From: a virus
Strand: one strand, 5' to 3'
DNA: 64,000 bases
Virus record (IMG/VR): IMGVR_UViG_3300009146_000002
Coordinates: 5,733 to 69,732 of that record
Shown: positions 9,334-19,600 of the stretch, piece by piece
Numbering within the stretch: position 1 is the stretch's first letter
Layout of the letters: each line of letters opens with the position of its first letter
The notes under the pieces: model-generated
Database searches by the model: none
Seen by the model: the letters and a program-made list of their open reading frames with translations, nothing else
Told to the model about the DNA's origin: nothing
Made by a program: the position numbers and the translations under genes

Positions 9334-11157
9334 ATGGGCTTCCTCGGCATCAAGGGCGACACCTGGAAGAAGGTCGGCAAGATCGCGCTGAAGGCCGCGC
9401 CGATCGTCGCTGCGCCCTTCACCGGGGGGCTGTCCCTGCTCGCGCTCGGGGCGACCACCGGCGCGATCTCCGGCGCGATGGACGGCGGCGGCTGGAAGGG
9501 CGCGCTGATGGGCGCGGGCCTGGGCGCCATCCCGGGCGGCGGCGGCGCGGGCGCGGCGGCCGGCGGAGTCGCCAAGGCCGGGCTGAAGGAGATTGCCAAG
9601 GGCGTCGCGAAGGGCGCGGCGACCAACTTCGCCACCGGCACGGCGACGGGGCTGGCGACCGGCCAGGGCCTGAAGAAGTCGCTCCAGGGCGGCGGGACCA
9701 GCGCGCTCACGAACTTCGGATCGACCGGCGCGAGCGGCGGCCTCAAGGGCGCGCTCACCAGTGGCGCGAAGACGGTCGGGATCAACGCCGGGCTGGGCCT
9801 CGGCGCCAAGGCGCTCGCGGGCAACGGCAACAACGCGGCCGGCCAGAACATCTACCAGAACTACCTGCCACAGCAGCAGGGATCGGCGAAGAGCTCAGGC
9901 ACGTCAGGGGGCGGTATGGACTGGAAGAGTGCGCTCATCCAAGGGGGCCTCGGGGCGGCCGGCGGCGCGGCAGGCGGTGGCGGCTGGCGGGGCGCGATCC
10001 AGGGCGGCACCGGGGGCGCGGCCAACGGCCTCACCGCCCCGGGCGGCGGGGGCAGCCAGGGCGGCAGCGCCTACCCGAACTTCGTCTCGGGCGGGGCTGG
10101 CCAGGGCGGTCAGGATCCCCCCGGCACCTTCCGCTCGACCACCGTCGCCCCGCCGCAGTCGCCCGGCAACCTGCCGCAGTACACCGGCCCGTGGGGCGCG
10201 GCGTCCACGCCCGCCGCTCAACAGGAGCAGCCGTCGGGCGACCGGCCCGCCAGCTGGGCCGAGCGCTGGGGCCCGCTCATCGCCCAGGGCGCCGGCGTGG
10301 CCGCAGGCGCGCTGGTCGGGCGGCAGGCGCAGAAGAACGCGCTGAAGCGCTCGCCTGAAGAGCAGGCCGCGCTCAAGGGTGCCCAGGGGGCGGCCAACCA
10401 GCTCGGGCGGGTCGGGGGCGAACTCACCCAGCAGGGCCAGGACTACCAGCGCAAGCCCGGGCAGTACTTCGAGACGCTCCTCAACGGCAATCGCGCCGCG
10501 ATGTCGCAGGCGGTCGCCGGCCCGACCGCGCAGATCACCGGCAACTACCGGGGCGCCGAGCGCAACCTCCAGCAGCAGGGCATCCGGGGCGCGGCGCGGG
10601 ACCAGGCGGCCGCCGATCTCAACCGCCAGCGCGTCAGCCAGATCGCCGGCCTGACCACCGGGATGCAGCCCTACGCGGCCGAGCAGCTCGCCAAGCTCGG
10701 GCAGGACAACATCTCGACCGGGGTCAACGCGCTGGGCCAGGGCGGCCAGCTCCACAGCGGCCTGCTCGGGCAGGGCTACACCAACCGCGTCTACTCCCGC
10801 AAGGAAGGCGCTGATACCGCCTCGGCGATCGGCGGGCTGGCGCGTGACGTCGGCGAGGTGGCCTTCAAGAAGTCGCCGGGCGGCGCGACCACGACCAAGC
10901 CGAAGACCACGACCAAGAAGACGCCCGGGCCGAACGACCTGCCCATCAACCGGGGCACGGTGCCGATGGGGCCGGGGGTCGACATCGGCAATTCGCCTGG
11001 GACGCTGCCCGTCGGCGACTACCAGGTGCCGACCGGGCCCGGTGTCTCGATCGGCACGCCGCCCCCGGCCGCGATGCCGTTCAACGTCGGCCAGGTCGAC
11101 TTCTCGGGCCGGCAGACGACGCAGATGCCGTTCGCGCGCAGCAGCTACGGTTACTGA
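9334..11157 (+). CDS. Gly/Ala-rich DNA ejection (pilot/internal virion) protein
   Basis: Amphipathic cationic N-terminus, G/A-rich then Q-rich helical region, first of four large post-nozzle genes. Confidence 0.65.
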   Translation: MGFLGIKGDTWKKVGKIALKAAPIVAAPFTGGLSLLALGATTGAISGAMDGGGWKGALMGAGLGAIPGGGGAGAAAGGVAKAGLKEIAKGVAKGAATNFATGTATGLATGQGLKKSLQGGGTSALTNFGSTGASGGLKGALTSGAKTVGINAGLGLGAKALAGNGNNAAGQNIYQNYLPQQQGSAKSSGTSGGGMDWKSALIQGGLGAAGGAAGGGGWRGAIQGGTGGAANGLTAPGGGGSQGGSAYPNFVSGGAGQGGQDPPGTFRSTTVAPPQSPGNLPQYTGPWGAASTPAAQQEQPSGDRPASWAERWGPLIAQGAGVAAGALVGRQAQKNALKRSPEEQAALKGAQGAANQLGRVGGELTQQGQDYQRKPGQYFETLLNGNRAAMSQAVAGPTAQITGNYRGAERNLQQQGIRGAARDQAAADLNRQRVSQIAGLTTGMQPYAAEQLAKLGQDNISTGVNALGQGGQLHSGLLGQGYTNRVYSRKEGADTASAIGGLARDVGEVAFKKSPGGATTTKPKTTTKKTPGPNDLPINRGTVPMGPGVDIGNSPGTLPVGDYQVPTGPGVSIGTPPPAAMPFNVGQVDFSGRQTTQMPFARSSYGY

Positions 11158-11169
11158 AGGAGCACACAG

Positions 11170-13323
11170 ATGGGCTGGCTAGAGGGGGTGCTCACCGGGT
11201 ACGCCGACCGCCACTACGAGATCCAGAAGGAGAAGATGCGCGAGGCTCAGGTCGCGGCCGAGCGGGAGGGGCGTGTCTACCAGGCGCTGCTCAACTCGGG
11301 CGACGACGAGCTGAAGGCGCTCGCCGGCGCCGGCATCCTCGACCTGGCCAACCCCCGCCGCCGGAAGGGCGGCATCGCCGGCTGGATGGGCGAGATCGAA
11401 CAGTCGCCCTACCTGGAGATGATCCGGCGGGTGCAACAGCGTCCGGTGGACGACCCCGAGGCCGGCGGCTCGGCGCCCCCGACCCCGTCGATCCCGACGG
11501 CCGGCTCGGTCCCGGGCCAGCCCTCGGCCGCGCTCCCCGAGAAGGCGCTGACGGAAGGTGGGACCGGCATCGCGCCGACCCCTGCGCCGATCCCCGGCAG
11601 CGTCGCGCCGCCCCGGCCGCAGGCGAGCTTCGCACCTGGGGTCGACGCGGGGAGCGGCGCCACCTCGCCGCCCGTCAGTTTCGCGCCGCCGACGCCTCCG
11701 GGGGTCCAGGCCGCGCAAGCCGCCGGCGCCGCCCCGCCCCAGGCGGGCCCGTCGATGGCGCCCGCCGGAGGCCCGCCGCCGCCGCCCCCCGCCGGGCCGG
11801 TCCCGACGCCCGGGCAGGTCGGGCGCGGGCAGCCCGGGGCCGTCACCCAGGCCGTCGGGCCCCAGGCGCCCGTGCCCTCGTCCCGCACGACGCTCCGGCC
11901 GATCTTCCCCACCCAGTCGGAGCTCACGCAGCAGGACGCGGTCGCTCGGGCGGCCGGGACGGACCTGGGCGAGCAGCAGAGCTACATCCGGGTCGCCCGC
12001 GCGCAGGGGCTGTCCGACGCCGAAGGCCTGCAGATGTGGGCGGAAGCCCAGATGAAGGCGCGCGGCGGCGCAGGAGCCGCCAGCCCCTACGCCTGGCGCA
12101 CGATGGAGTACACCGATGCGCAGGGCAACAGGAAGCGCATCCTGGCCCGCACCAACCGGACGACCGGCGCGATTGAAGACGTCAACGGGCAGCCGCTCCC
12201 AGCCAACGCGCAGCCGGTCACCCCCGGCCTCTACCCAGCCGAGGTGGCGGCGCGTCGGCAGGCGCAGAACCCGCTGCTCTGGAACCAGGCGCTGACCCAG
12301 GCCCGATCCGTGCTCGGGGTGAACGCCACGGCCGAGGAGGTCATCGACTTCGCCGACCAGCTGTTCACCCAGTCGCAGTCGATGGCGCCGACCGGGTCGG
12401 GTGGGGCCGTCGCCCCGCCGCCGACGACGGTCCCGCCGCCGGGGGGTGCGCCGCCGGTCGCCCCCGGCGCGACGCCCCAGCCTGGCGAGAAGACGTTCGC
12501 CCAGAACCCGGCCGGCGCCCCCCCGGCCAGCGCCACGGCGCCCGAGGCCGCCCCGCCGGCGACCCCCGTCGCCCCACCGTCGCCGACCGCCCCCGGCACG
12601 CCCGGCGCGGCGCTCAAGGAGGGGCTGGCGGCCTCGGGCGCGGGCAACAGCCTCACCCGCCGCCGCGACGAAGGCCGCCCGGCGACCTCCCCCGAGAAGG
12701 ACATCCTCGGGTTCTACCTGCGCGCCCGCCAGCCGATGGACGCCATCATGGCGCCGGACAAGGAGACGGGGCTGAGCGTTGAGGACCGGATCGCCAGCCA
12801 GCCGCTCGGCCAGCAGCTGGCGCGGCGGTTCACGCCCGACACGTTCGACTTCCTGCTGGGCGCCGATGCACAGCTCTACAAGACCGCCTCCGAGCGCTTC
12901 ACCGAAGCCCGTGTGCGGCGGGTGTCCGGCGCCACGATCCGCCCCGACGAGTACGAGATGGATCGGAAGCTGTTCTTCGCCCAGCCGGGGGACACCAAGG
13001 AGCGCATCGCCGAGAAGCGACGCCAGCGCGAGGCGGAGCTGGACGCGGCGGTGTTCGCGTCCGGGCCGGCCTACAACGAGTACTTCAAGCAGCCCTACAC
13101 GCCGTCGTTCATGCGGGAGGATCCGCGCGTGGTCGGGCGGCTCCCTCCCGCGATGCCGCCGCCGCCGGTCAACCGCGCCGTGCCCCGGCCGCCCAGCGGA
13201 CTACCCACGCCGGTGCCCTCGCACGGGGCCGCGCCGCCTCCCCCGCCCGCGGCGGCTGGAGCCCCGGCCGGCACGCCGACCTCCGTCTTCCGTGACGGCA
13301 AGTGGTACATCGTCATCCAGTGA
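11170..13323 (+). CDS. Pro-rich DNA ejection/internal virion protein
   Basis: 717 aa, helical domains separated by Pro-rich linkers, AAGGAG RBS. Confidence 0.55.
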   Translation: MGWLEGVLTGYADRHYEIQKEKMREAQVAAEREGRVYQALLNSGDDELKALAGAGILDLANPRRRKGGIAGWMGEIEQSPYLEMIRRVQQRPVDDPEAGGSAPPTPSIPTAGSVPGQPSAALPEKALTEGGTGIAPTPAPIPGSVAPPRPQASFAPGVDAGSGATSPPVSFAPPTPPGVQAAQAAGAAPPQAGPSMAPAGGPPPPPPAGPVPTPGQVGRGQPGAVTQAVGPQAPVPSSRTTLRPIFPTQSELTQQDAVARAAGTDLGEQQSYIRVARAQGLSDAEGLQMWAEAQMKARGGAGAASPYAWRTMEYTDAQGNRKRILARTNRTTGAIEDVNGQPLPANAQPVTPGLYPAEVAARRQAQNPLLWNQALTQARSVLGVNATAEEVIDFADQLFTQSQSMAPTGSGGAVAPPPTTVPPPGGAPPVAPGATPQPGEKTFAQNPAGAPPASATAPEAAPPATPVAPPSPTAPGTPGAALKEGLAASGAGNSLTRRRDEGRPATSPEKDILGFYLRARQPMDAIMAPDKETGLSVEDRIASQPLGQQLARRFTPDTFDFLLGADAQLYKTASERFTEARVRRVSGATIRPDEYEMDRKLFFAQPGDTKERIAEKRRQREAELDAAVFASGPAYNEYFKQPYTPSFMREDPRVVGRLPPAMPPPPVNRAVPRPPSGLPTPVPSHGAAPPPPPAAAGAPAGTPTSVFRDGKWYIVIQ

Positions 13324-13332
13324 GTCCCGCCG

Positions 13333-16300
13333 ATGCCGCAGCAGCCCCAAGTCATCGCGGTTGACGACCTGATCCGGCGCGAAGCGCTGGCCGCCGGCGT
13401 CCCGCCCGAGCTGGCCCTGGCCGTCGCCGAGCAGGAGTCGGGCTTCAACCCCACGGCGGTCAACCCGACGCGCGTGGCCGGCGGCCAGCAGGCCACCGGG
13501 ACGTTCCAGCTCCTGCCCTCCACGGCCAAGACGTTCGGGGTCGACCCGACCAACCCGGTCCAGAACATCCAGGGCGGCGTGAAGTACCTCCGGCAGCTGA
13601 TGGACCGCCACCAGGGCGACCTGTCGAAGGTGCTCGCCGAGTACGGCGGCGTGAAGACCGACACCACCTACGTGCCCCAGGTGCTGGGGCGGATCCCGAA
13701 GTTCGCGAGCGGTGGGAGCGCGCCCCCCGCAGCGGCCCCCGCCGCGGGCCCGGCGGCAGGCGCGGGGGGTCCGGGCGCCAGTCCGCCCCCGCCGCCCCCC
13801 GGGAGCTTCGCGGCCAATCATCCCTACCTGAACGAGATGGTGCAGGGGCTCGACCCGCACGAGCAGGGCGGGCGACGCAACATCGCCGGCGGCATCGGCG
13901 GGGTCATCGGCGGCGGGGTCGGCGCGATCATCGGGGGCGCTGGGGGGCTCGTGGCAGGCGCCCCGACCGGGCCGGGGGCCGTCGCCACGACGGGGGCGGG
14001 CGCGACCGGGGGGGCGGGCGTCGGGAGCGTCGCCGGGGCGGGCCTGTTCGGGGCGGCTGAGGATCTGCTCCTCGAACAGACGGGCATCGGGCCCTGGATC
14101 GGCCGGAACCTGCCGTGGGGCTCAGTCGATCAACCCGTGCAGACGCTCGGCCCCAACGCTACCGCCGGCGATCGGGCCTGGCAGGCGGCGGGGGTCGGCG
14201 GCGAGCAAGCCGTCTACGACGCGCTCGGCCAGGTCGTCTTCGCGCCGCTACGCTACGGCGCCCGCGCGGCGCTGGAGTCGCGCATCGGGCGGGCGGCCAG
14301 CGACGCGATCGGCGCCCGCAAGCAAGCCGCCGTCGCCGGGCTGCGGAACACGGTTGACCACCTGCGCGGCGCGCGTGAGGCGGCCACGGTCGCCAACGCG
14401 CAGACCAGCCGCTTGCTCGGGGACGACGTCGCGTCGCAGATCGCCGCGGCGCGCGAGGCCGCCCGCCTGCAGCTCGAAGGGGTCCGCACGGCGCAGGGCG
14501 AGGCGGTCACCGGGGCGATGGCCGACAAGCGGCAGGCGGTGCGCACCGCCGCCCGCACCGGTATGGAAGAGCGCAGCGCCGTGCAGGCCGAGGCGGCCGC
14601 CGCCGAAGCCCAGGCGCGTGCCGCCGCGGAGGCCGAAGCGCGGGTTGCCGCTGCCCAGGTGGAGGCGGCACGCGAGGCCGCCCGGGTCGCGGTCGAAAGC
14701 ACCCGCACCGCCGCCGGCGAACAGGTCGCCGAGGCCAGCCTCGGCAAGCGGCAGGGTGTGCGCGAGGCGGTCAAGACCGGACAGGCCGCCCGTGAGGCGG
14801 CGAAGCGCGAAGCCGAGGCCCAGGTCGAGGCGACCCGCGCCGCCTACCAGGCGAAGCTGCAGCGCGACGCCGAGGCGGGCGCGGTCGCCCGGCCGCCGCT
14901 CGGCACGCCCTCGGAAGTGGCCGCCGGGCGCGCGACCTCGGAGGTCTTCGAGGGGCCCGCGCGCGAGGCGCTCGACACGGCCGGCCGCGCGGTCAGCGAG
15001 GCGGCCGCGACCGGCCCGGTGCGCTCGGTCAGTGCCGTGCAGGCCGAAGCGCGCCGCATCCTGGAGACGGAGCTGGCGCCGACGCAGGTCGGCCAGCCGG
15101 GACGCGGCGCCGCCGGGCCACGGCCGCGCATCGGCACGAAGCTGCGCGAGATCCTTGCGCGGATCGACGACGCGCAACTGCAGGAGCTGGTCAAGCACCC
15201 GGCGGTGAAGGTGCTGAGCCGCATCCTGAACATGCCGGAGGCGCTCGACTTCGCGACGCTCCACCAGATCGAGTCGCAGCTGCGTCGCTCGGTCCAAGGC
15301 AGCGGCGACAAGGTGATCAACTCCTACGTCACCGACACCACGCGCCACCTGGTCGGCCTCCTGCGCGACACCTTGGCTGGCAACCTGGAGAAGGGCGCCG
15401 CCCCGCACCTGCCGTTCGAGGAAGCGACCAAGCGCTACGCCGACGTCGTGAAGCTCTTCACCGAGGGGCACGCCCAGCTCATCAAGGACGCCACGCACGC
15501 GCCCGAGAAGATCGTCCAGGCGCTCCGCCCCGACGACCCCACCCCGGCACGGATGCTCGTGCGCGTCCTGACCGAACAGGCCACCGAAGGCGGCGGCAAG
15601 GAAGGCCAGAAGGCCGGCGCCGAAGCGCTCCAGCGCATCCAGGACGCCTGGGTCCACCGGAACGTCCTGGAGGGCCCGCTCGACACGCTGGCCGAGCGCG
15701 TGGCCCAGCTGCGGCAGCGCCCCGAGTTCGTGAACGCGCTCTTCGACGCGACCCCCTACGGCAAGGGGCTCCTCGAACGCACCGAGCAGCTCGGCAAGGC
15801 GTTCAAGGAAGCGGCCGCGCAGGGCACCGAGCGCGTGGGCCAGGCCCGCGAGGCCGCGCGAACCGCCGTCGGCCAGGCGACCGAGTCCGGCGAGGCGGCC
15901 ATCGCGGCCGCCCGTCGCAAGGCGGCCGAAGCGATCCGCAGCACGCGCAGCAGCGGACGCGCGGAGGTCAGCCGCGTGCGCGGCGAGAGTGCCGCCAAGC
16001 TCGCCGAGCGCGAAGCGGCGGTCGAGACGGCACGCACCGCCGGCAAGGCGCGCGTCGGGGCCGTCCGCGAGTCCGGCCGCGAAGGCATCCGCAAGGCGAC
16101 CGAAGCTGGCGAGCGCACGGTCGCCGAGACGCGATCGAAGGCCGCCGCCGCCATCCGGGGCGAGCGCACGGCTGGCCGCACGCGGGTCGCCGGTGAACGG
16201 GCGGCCGGCGCTACGCGGCAGGAAGCGCATCAGCAGACGGTCGAAGCGGCCCGCCTGCGCGCGAGCCAGGCCATCCGCCAGGCCGGCGCCGATGTCCGCT

Positions 16301-16686
16301 CGCGGATCGGCTCCCTCGGGAAGTCCGCCGTCGAGCAGGAGGAGCGCGCCTTCGCCACCTCGCCGCTCAACCCGAAGGTCGCGTCCCAGGGCCGGAGCGC
16401 CCAGGGCAAGCAGCTGGAGTGGGTCGCGCGCGCGGCGCTGGCCAGCGCCGGGGTCAACGCCTTCGGCCCGGCGGGCATCCTGCTCGGGACCGCCTTCCGC
16501 AGCGGGCGCAAGGTGCCCGAGGCCGAGCTACTGCGCTATGTCGTCCACTCGCCGGCGCTGACCCGCGGGGTGATCAAGGGCCTCTTCCACCCGGCGGCCA
16601 AGCTGGGCGCGAACACGGTGGGCGGCGTGGGCGTGCGGGGCGTGGGCGCGGCGCTGAAGCAGCCCCCGCCCGATCGGGACCGGTAG
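13333..16686 (+). CDS. Ejection protein with N-terminal lytic transglycosylase (SLT) domain
   Basis: AVAEQESGFNPTA, ATGTFQLLP, NIQGGVKYL and AEYGG match SLT motifs; long coiled coils follow. Confidence 0.85.
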   Translation: MPQQPQVIAVDDLIRREALAAGVPPELALAVAEQESGFNPTAVNPTRVAGGQQATGTFQLLPSTAKTFGVDPTNPVQNIQGGVKYLRQLMDRHQGDLSKVLAEYGGVKTDTTYVPQVLGRIPKFASGGSAPPAAAPAAGPAAGAGGPGASPPPPPPGSFAANHPYLNEMVQGLDPHEQGGRRNIAGGIGGVIGGGVGAIIGGAGGLVAGAPTGPGAVATTGAGATGGAGVGSVAGAGLFGAAEDLLLEQTGIGPWIGRNLPWGSVDQPVQTLGPNATAGDRAWQAAGVGGEQAVYDALGQVVFAPLRYGARAALESRIGRAASDAIGARKQAAVAGLRNTVDHLRGAREAATVANAQTSRLLGDDVASQIAAAREAARLQLEGVRTAQGEAVTGAMADKRQAVRTAARTGMEERSAVQAEAAAAEAQARAAAEAEARVAAAQVEAAREAARVAVESTRTAAGEQVAEASLGKRQGVREAVKTGQAAREAAKREAEAQVEATRAAYQAKLQRDAEAGAVARPPLGTPSEVAAGRATSEVFEGPAREALDTAGRAVSEAAATGPVRSVSAVQAEARRILETELAPTQVGQPGRGAAGPRPRIGTKLREILARIDDAQLQELVKHPAVKVLSRILNMPEALDFATLHQIESQLRRSVQGSGDKVINSYVTDTTRHLVGLLRDTLAGNLEKGAAPHLPFEEATKRYADVVKLFTEGHAQLIKDATHAPEKIVQALRPDDPTPARMLVRVLTEQATEGGGKEGQKAGAEALQRIQDAWVHRNVLEGPLDTLAERVAQLRQRPEFVNALFDATPYGKGLLERTEQLGKAFKEAAAQGTERVGQAREAARTAVGQATESGEAAIAAARRKAAEAIRSTRSSGRAEVSRVRGESAAKLAEREAAVETARTAGKARVGAVRESGREGIRKATEAGERTVAETRSKAAAAIRGERTAGRTRVAGERAAGATRQEAHQQTVEAARLRASQAIRQAGADVRSRIGSLGKSAVEQEERAFATSPLNPKVASQGRSAQGKQLEWVARAALASAGVNAFGPAGILLGTAFRSGRKVPEAELLRYVVHSPALTRGVIKGLFHPAAKLGANTVGGVGVRGVGAALKQPPPDRDR

Positions 16687-16695
16687 GAGTCGCGC

Positions 16696-19600
16696 ATGGC
16701 TGGCGAACCACAGAAGCCTGCTGCCCCGCCCCCGCCCGCCGGCGCGTCCTTCTGGCGCCGCGTCGCGCAGCTGGCCGGCGTCGATGACGAGATCGACGCA
16801 GTCTCCGCCGCGGTCATCGCGGCGCAGAACTGGGCGCAGTCGAAGCTCCCACCCCCCGCCGCGCTCCCGACGATCGCCGCCGACCTGCAGGCGCGCCAGG
16901 CCGCCCTCGACCAGCGCAAGCAGCAGCAGTGGGACGCGATCTCCGCGCCCGTCTCGCGCTTCTTCGGCTCCGCCCCGGTGCAGCAGGCGGGCCGCCACCT
17001 GAAAGAGAAGTACTACGACGTGCCGGCTGACGTCCAAGGCCTGAGCGAGCGGCTGCAGTCCACCGTCACCGAGCGGGGCGACACGCGCCGGGCGGAGCTG
17101 GAGGCGGCCGGCCTCTCGGCGCTCGACCCGATGTTCGCGCTGCGTGACGAGTGGCTGCCGAACCTCGCCATCGGCACGGCGGCGGATAGCACCTCGGCGT
17201 TCGGCGCGGCGAGCAACCTGGACCTGCCGATCGGGCCAGCGGCCAAGGCGGTCGGCGGGGTGGCCTCGCACGCCGGGATGCTGCCGGGCTTCTTCTCGCG
17301 GGTCGAGCGGGTCGCGGCGAAGGTGCCGGCCAAGGGCATCCATCCGAACAAGCTGCTCTCAGAGCTGCGGTCGGGCGCCAGCCAGGAGGAGATCCTCTAC
17401 CGGAAGATCAACGACCTGATCGCGGGGAAGGGCAACCAGCTCATCACGAAGGCGGAGCTGGACGCGCACCTGGCGGCGCACCCGGCGCCGGAGATCGGGC
17501 AGACGGTGCTCGGCGGGCCGAACCCCGCACGTCTGTCGACCCTGCCTCCCGGCCACTCGATCCAGCCCCTCGCCACGGACCCGCTCACCCAGGGAGGCCA
17601 GGAGTACGCCTGGGTCGATCCGTCCGGGGTGGGGCGACGCTTGCACTCCAGCTCGCCGGAGGACGCCGCGCAGTTCGCGCTCGACATCCTTAACCGGGAA
17701 CGGCCGCGCACCCTGCCGACCAGGCACGGCTCCTACACCCTCCCGGGCGGCGAGAACTACCGCGAGGCGCTCACTACCCTGCCGGTCGAGCAGCAGAAGC
17801 AGGGGATGTATCGCGCCCACATCACGCGCCCGTCCGATGGCCGGACCACCTGGAAGAGCGACGACTCGGGCGGCTTCGTCAGCGGCAGCCAGCTCAACCG
17901 TCTGCGGAGCGAGTACGAGCCGAAGGGGTACACGGTCCACGCCGAGGAGGTGCCGACCCCCGCGCCGGCCTACCAGTCCACTCACTGGGACCAGCCGAAC
18001 GTCCTCCTCCACACCCGCAGCAACGAGCGCACCCTCGCGCCCGCGCCGATGCGCTCGATCCCGGAGATCGAGCGGATCGTCCAGGACGTCGTCGGGGCGC
18101 AGTTCCCCGAGCACATCGCGTGGAACGGGCCGCACCAGGCCGTCCGCCAAGGCCTGATCAGTTACGACGAGGCGGCACTCTACGGCCAGTCGCGCGGCTT
18201 CACTAACTACCCGCACGCACCGACCGGGCCACGCGGGCGCTTCATCGAGGAGGTGCAGAGCGACCTGCACAAGCAGGGGGAGAAGGAGGGCTACCAGCCG
18301 CCAGGCGCCCGCCGAGCCGTCAATGAGACCCGGGCGCGACTCGACGAGGTGGACGCGCAACTGCGCGCCTACCGGTCCCGCTTCGATGCGGAGTACACCG
18401 CGGCGCATCCGCCCGACCCCCTGAGTTATGAGCAGTGGCTCGCCGACGAGATCCTCCCCGCCTACCGCGGGCCGGAACACGACGCGACGAACCGCCGGGT
18501 CTACAACTCGGACATCACCCAGGGGAAGCACTCGGCGCAGAACCGCCTCGCCCGGGAGCGTGCCGACGCCTACTACGGCGATCCGACGGCGCAGGCGCTG
18601 GCCGACCAGCAGCGGGACGCGCAGCTCGCGCACGACCAGGCCCGCATCGCCGCGTCGACGGGCGTCCCCGACGTGCCCTTCAAGGACACCTGGCCCGACC
18701 TGGCGCTGAAGCAGCAGCTGCTCGACGCGGCCCACCGCCAGGATCTCGACTGGCTGGGGCTCAGCGGGGCGCAGACACACGTCGATCGGTATGGCACCGA
18801 ACGGCTGACCTGGGTGCCCGAGGGCCGTGGCTTCCGCGTCAAGTGGGAGCCCCAGGTGGGCGGCGACGCGCTCGGCGGGGATCAGGACATCGGCCAGGCG
18901 GCGCTGGCGCGGGGGCTGATCGAGAACACCGACGCCTATGTCGAGACCCCCGAGCAGCTCGATGCACTCCTCGGCTACGGGTCTGACCTGAAGCTAGAGA
19001 AGGCCTGGAAACGGATCCAGGCGTCGCCCGAGGGCGGTACCTACCTGCCCCGCAAGGAGGGCATGGAGGCCTTCTACGACCGGGCGCTGCCGGCCAAACT
19101 CCAGCGGCTCCTCAAGCCGTTCGGCGGCACGGTCGAGCGGGGTGCGGTCCCAGTTCAGAAGGACGTGGTCATCCCCAACGGCCGAGAGGTGTTCTACGTC
19201 ACGGATGAAGAGGGGGCGCGGATCACGCCCTACTACGCTACCGAAGCGGCGGCGGAGAACTACATCCGCACGGGCAATCAGGGCGAGTGGCCGGAGGAGT
19301 TCAGCATGGCCTCCATGCGGCGCGACCTCCCCACCACGCAGACGGTCGACGAGCCCGCCTGGATCGCCCGCCTCTCCCCCGAGATGAAAGAGCGCATCCG
19401 GCAGCAGGGCTTCCCGCTGATGTCGTTCGTCCCGCCGGTCGCCGTCGGCGCAGGCGCAGCGGCCGCAGCCTCTGCCTCCGGCGAGGAGGGCGAGGGCTCG
19501 GGGCTCACCGCCGGCCTGATGGCCGCCGCGCCCTTCCTGCCCGGCGTCGGGGGCGACCTGGCCGGCCTGGCGCGCCGGGAGCGCCAGGGGCTGCGCGCCT

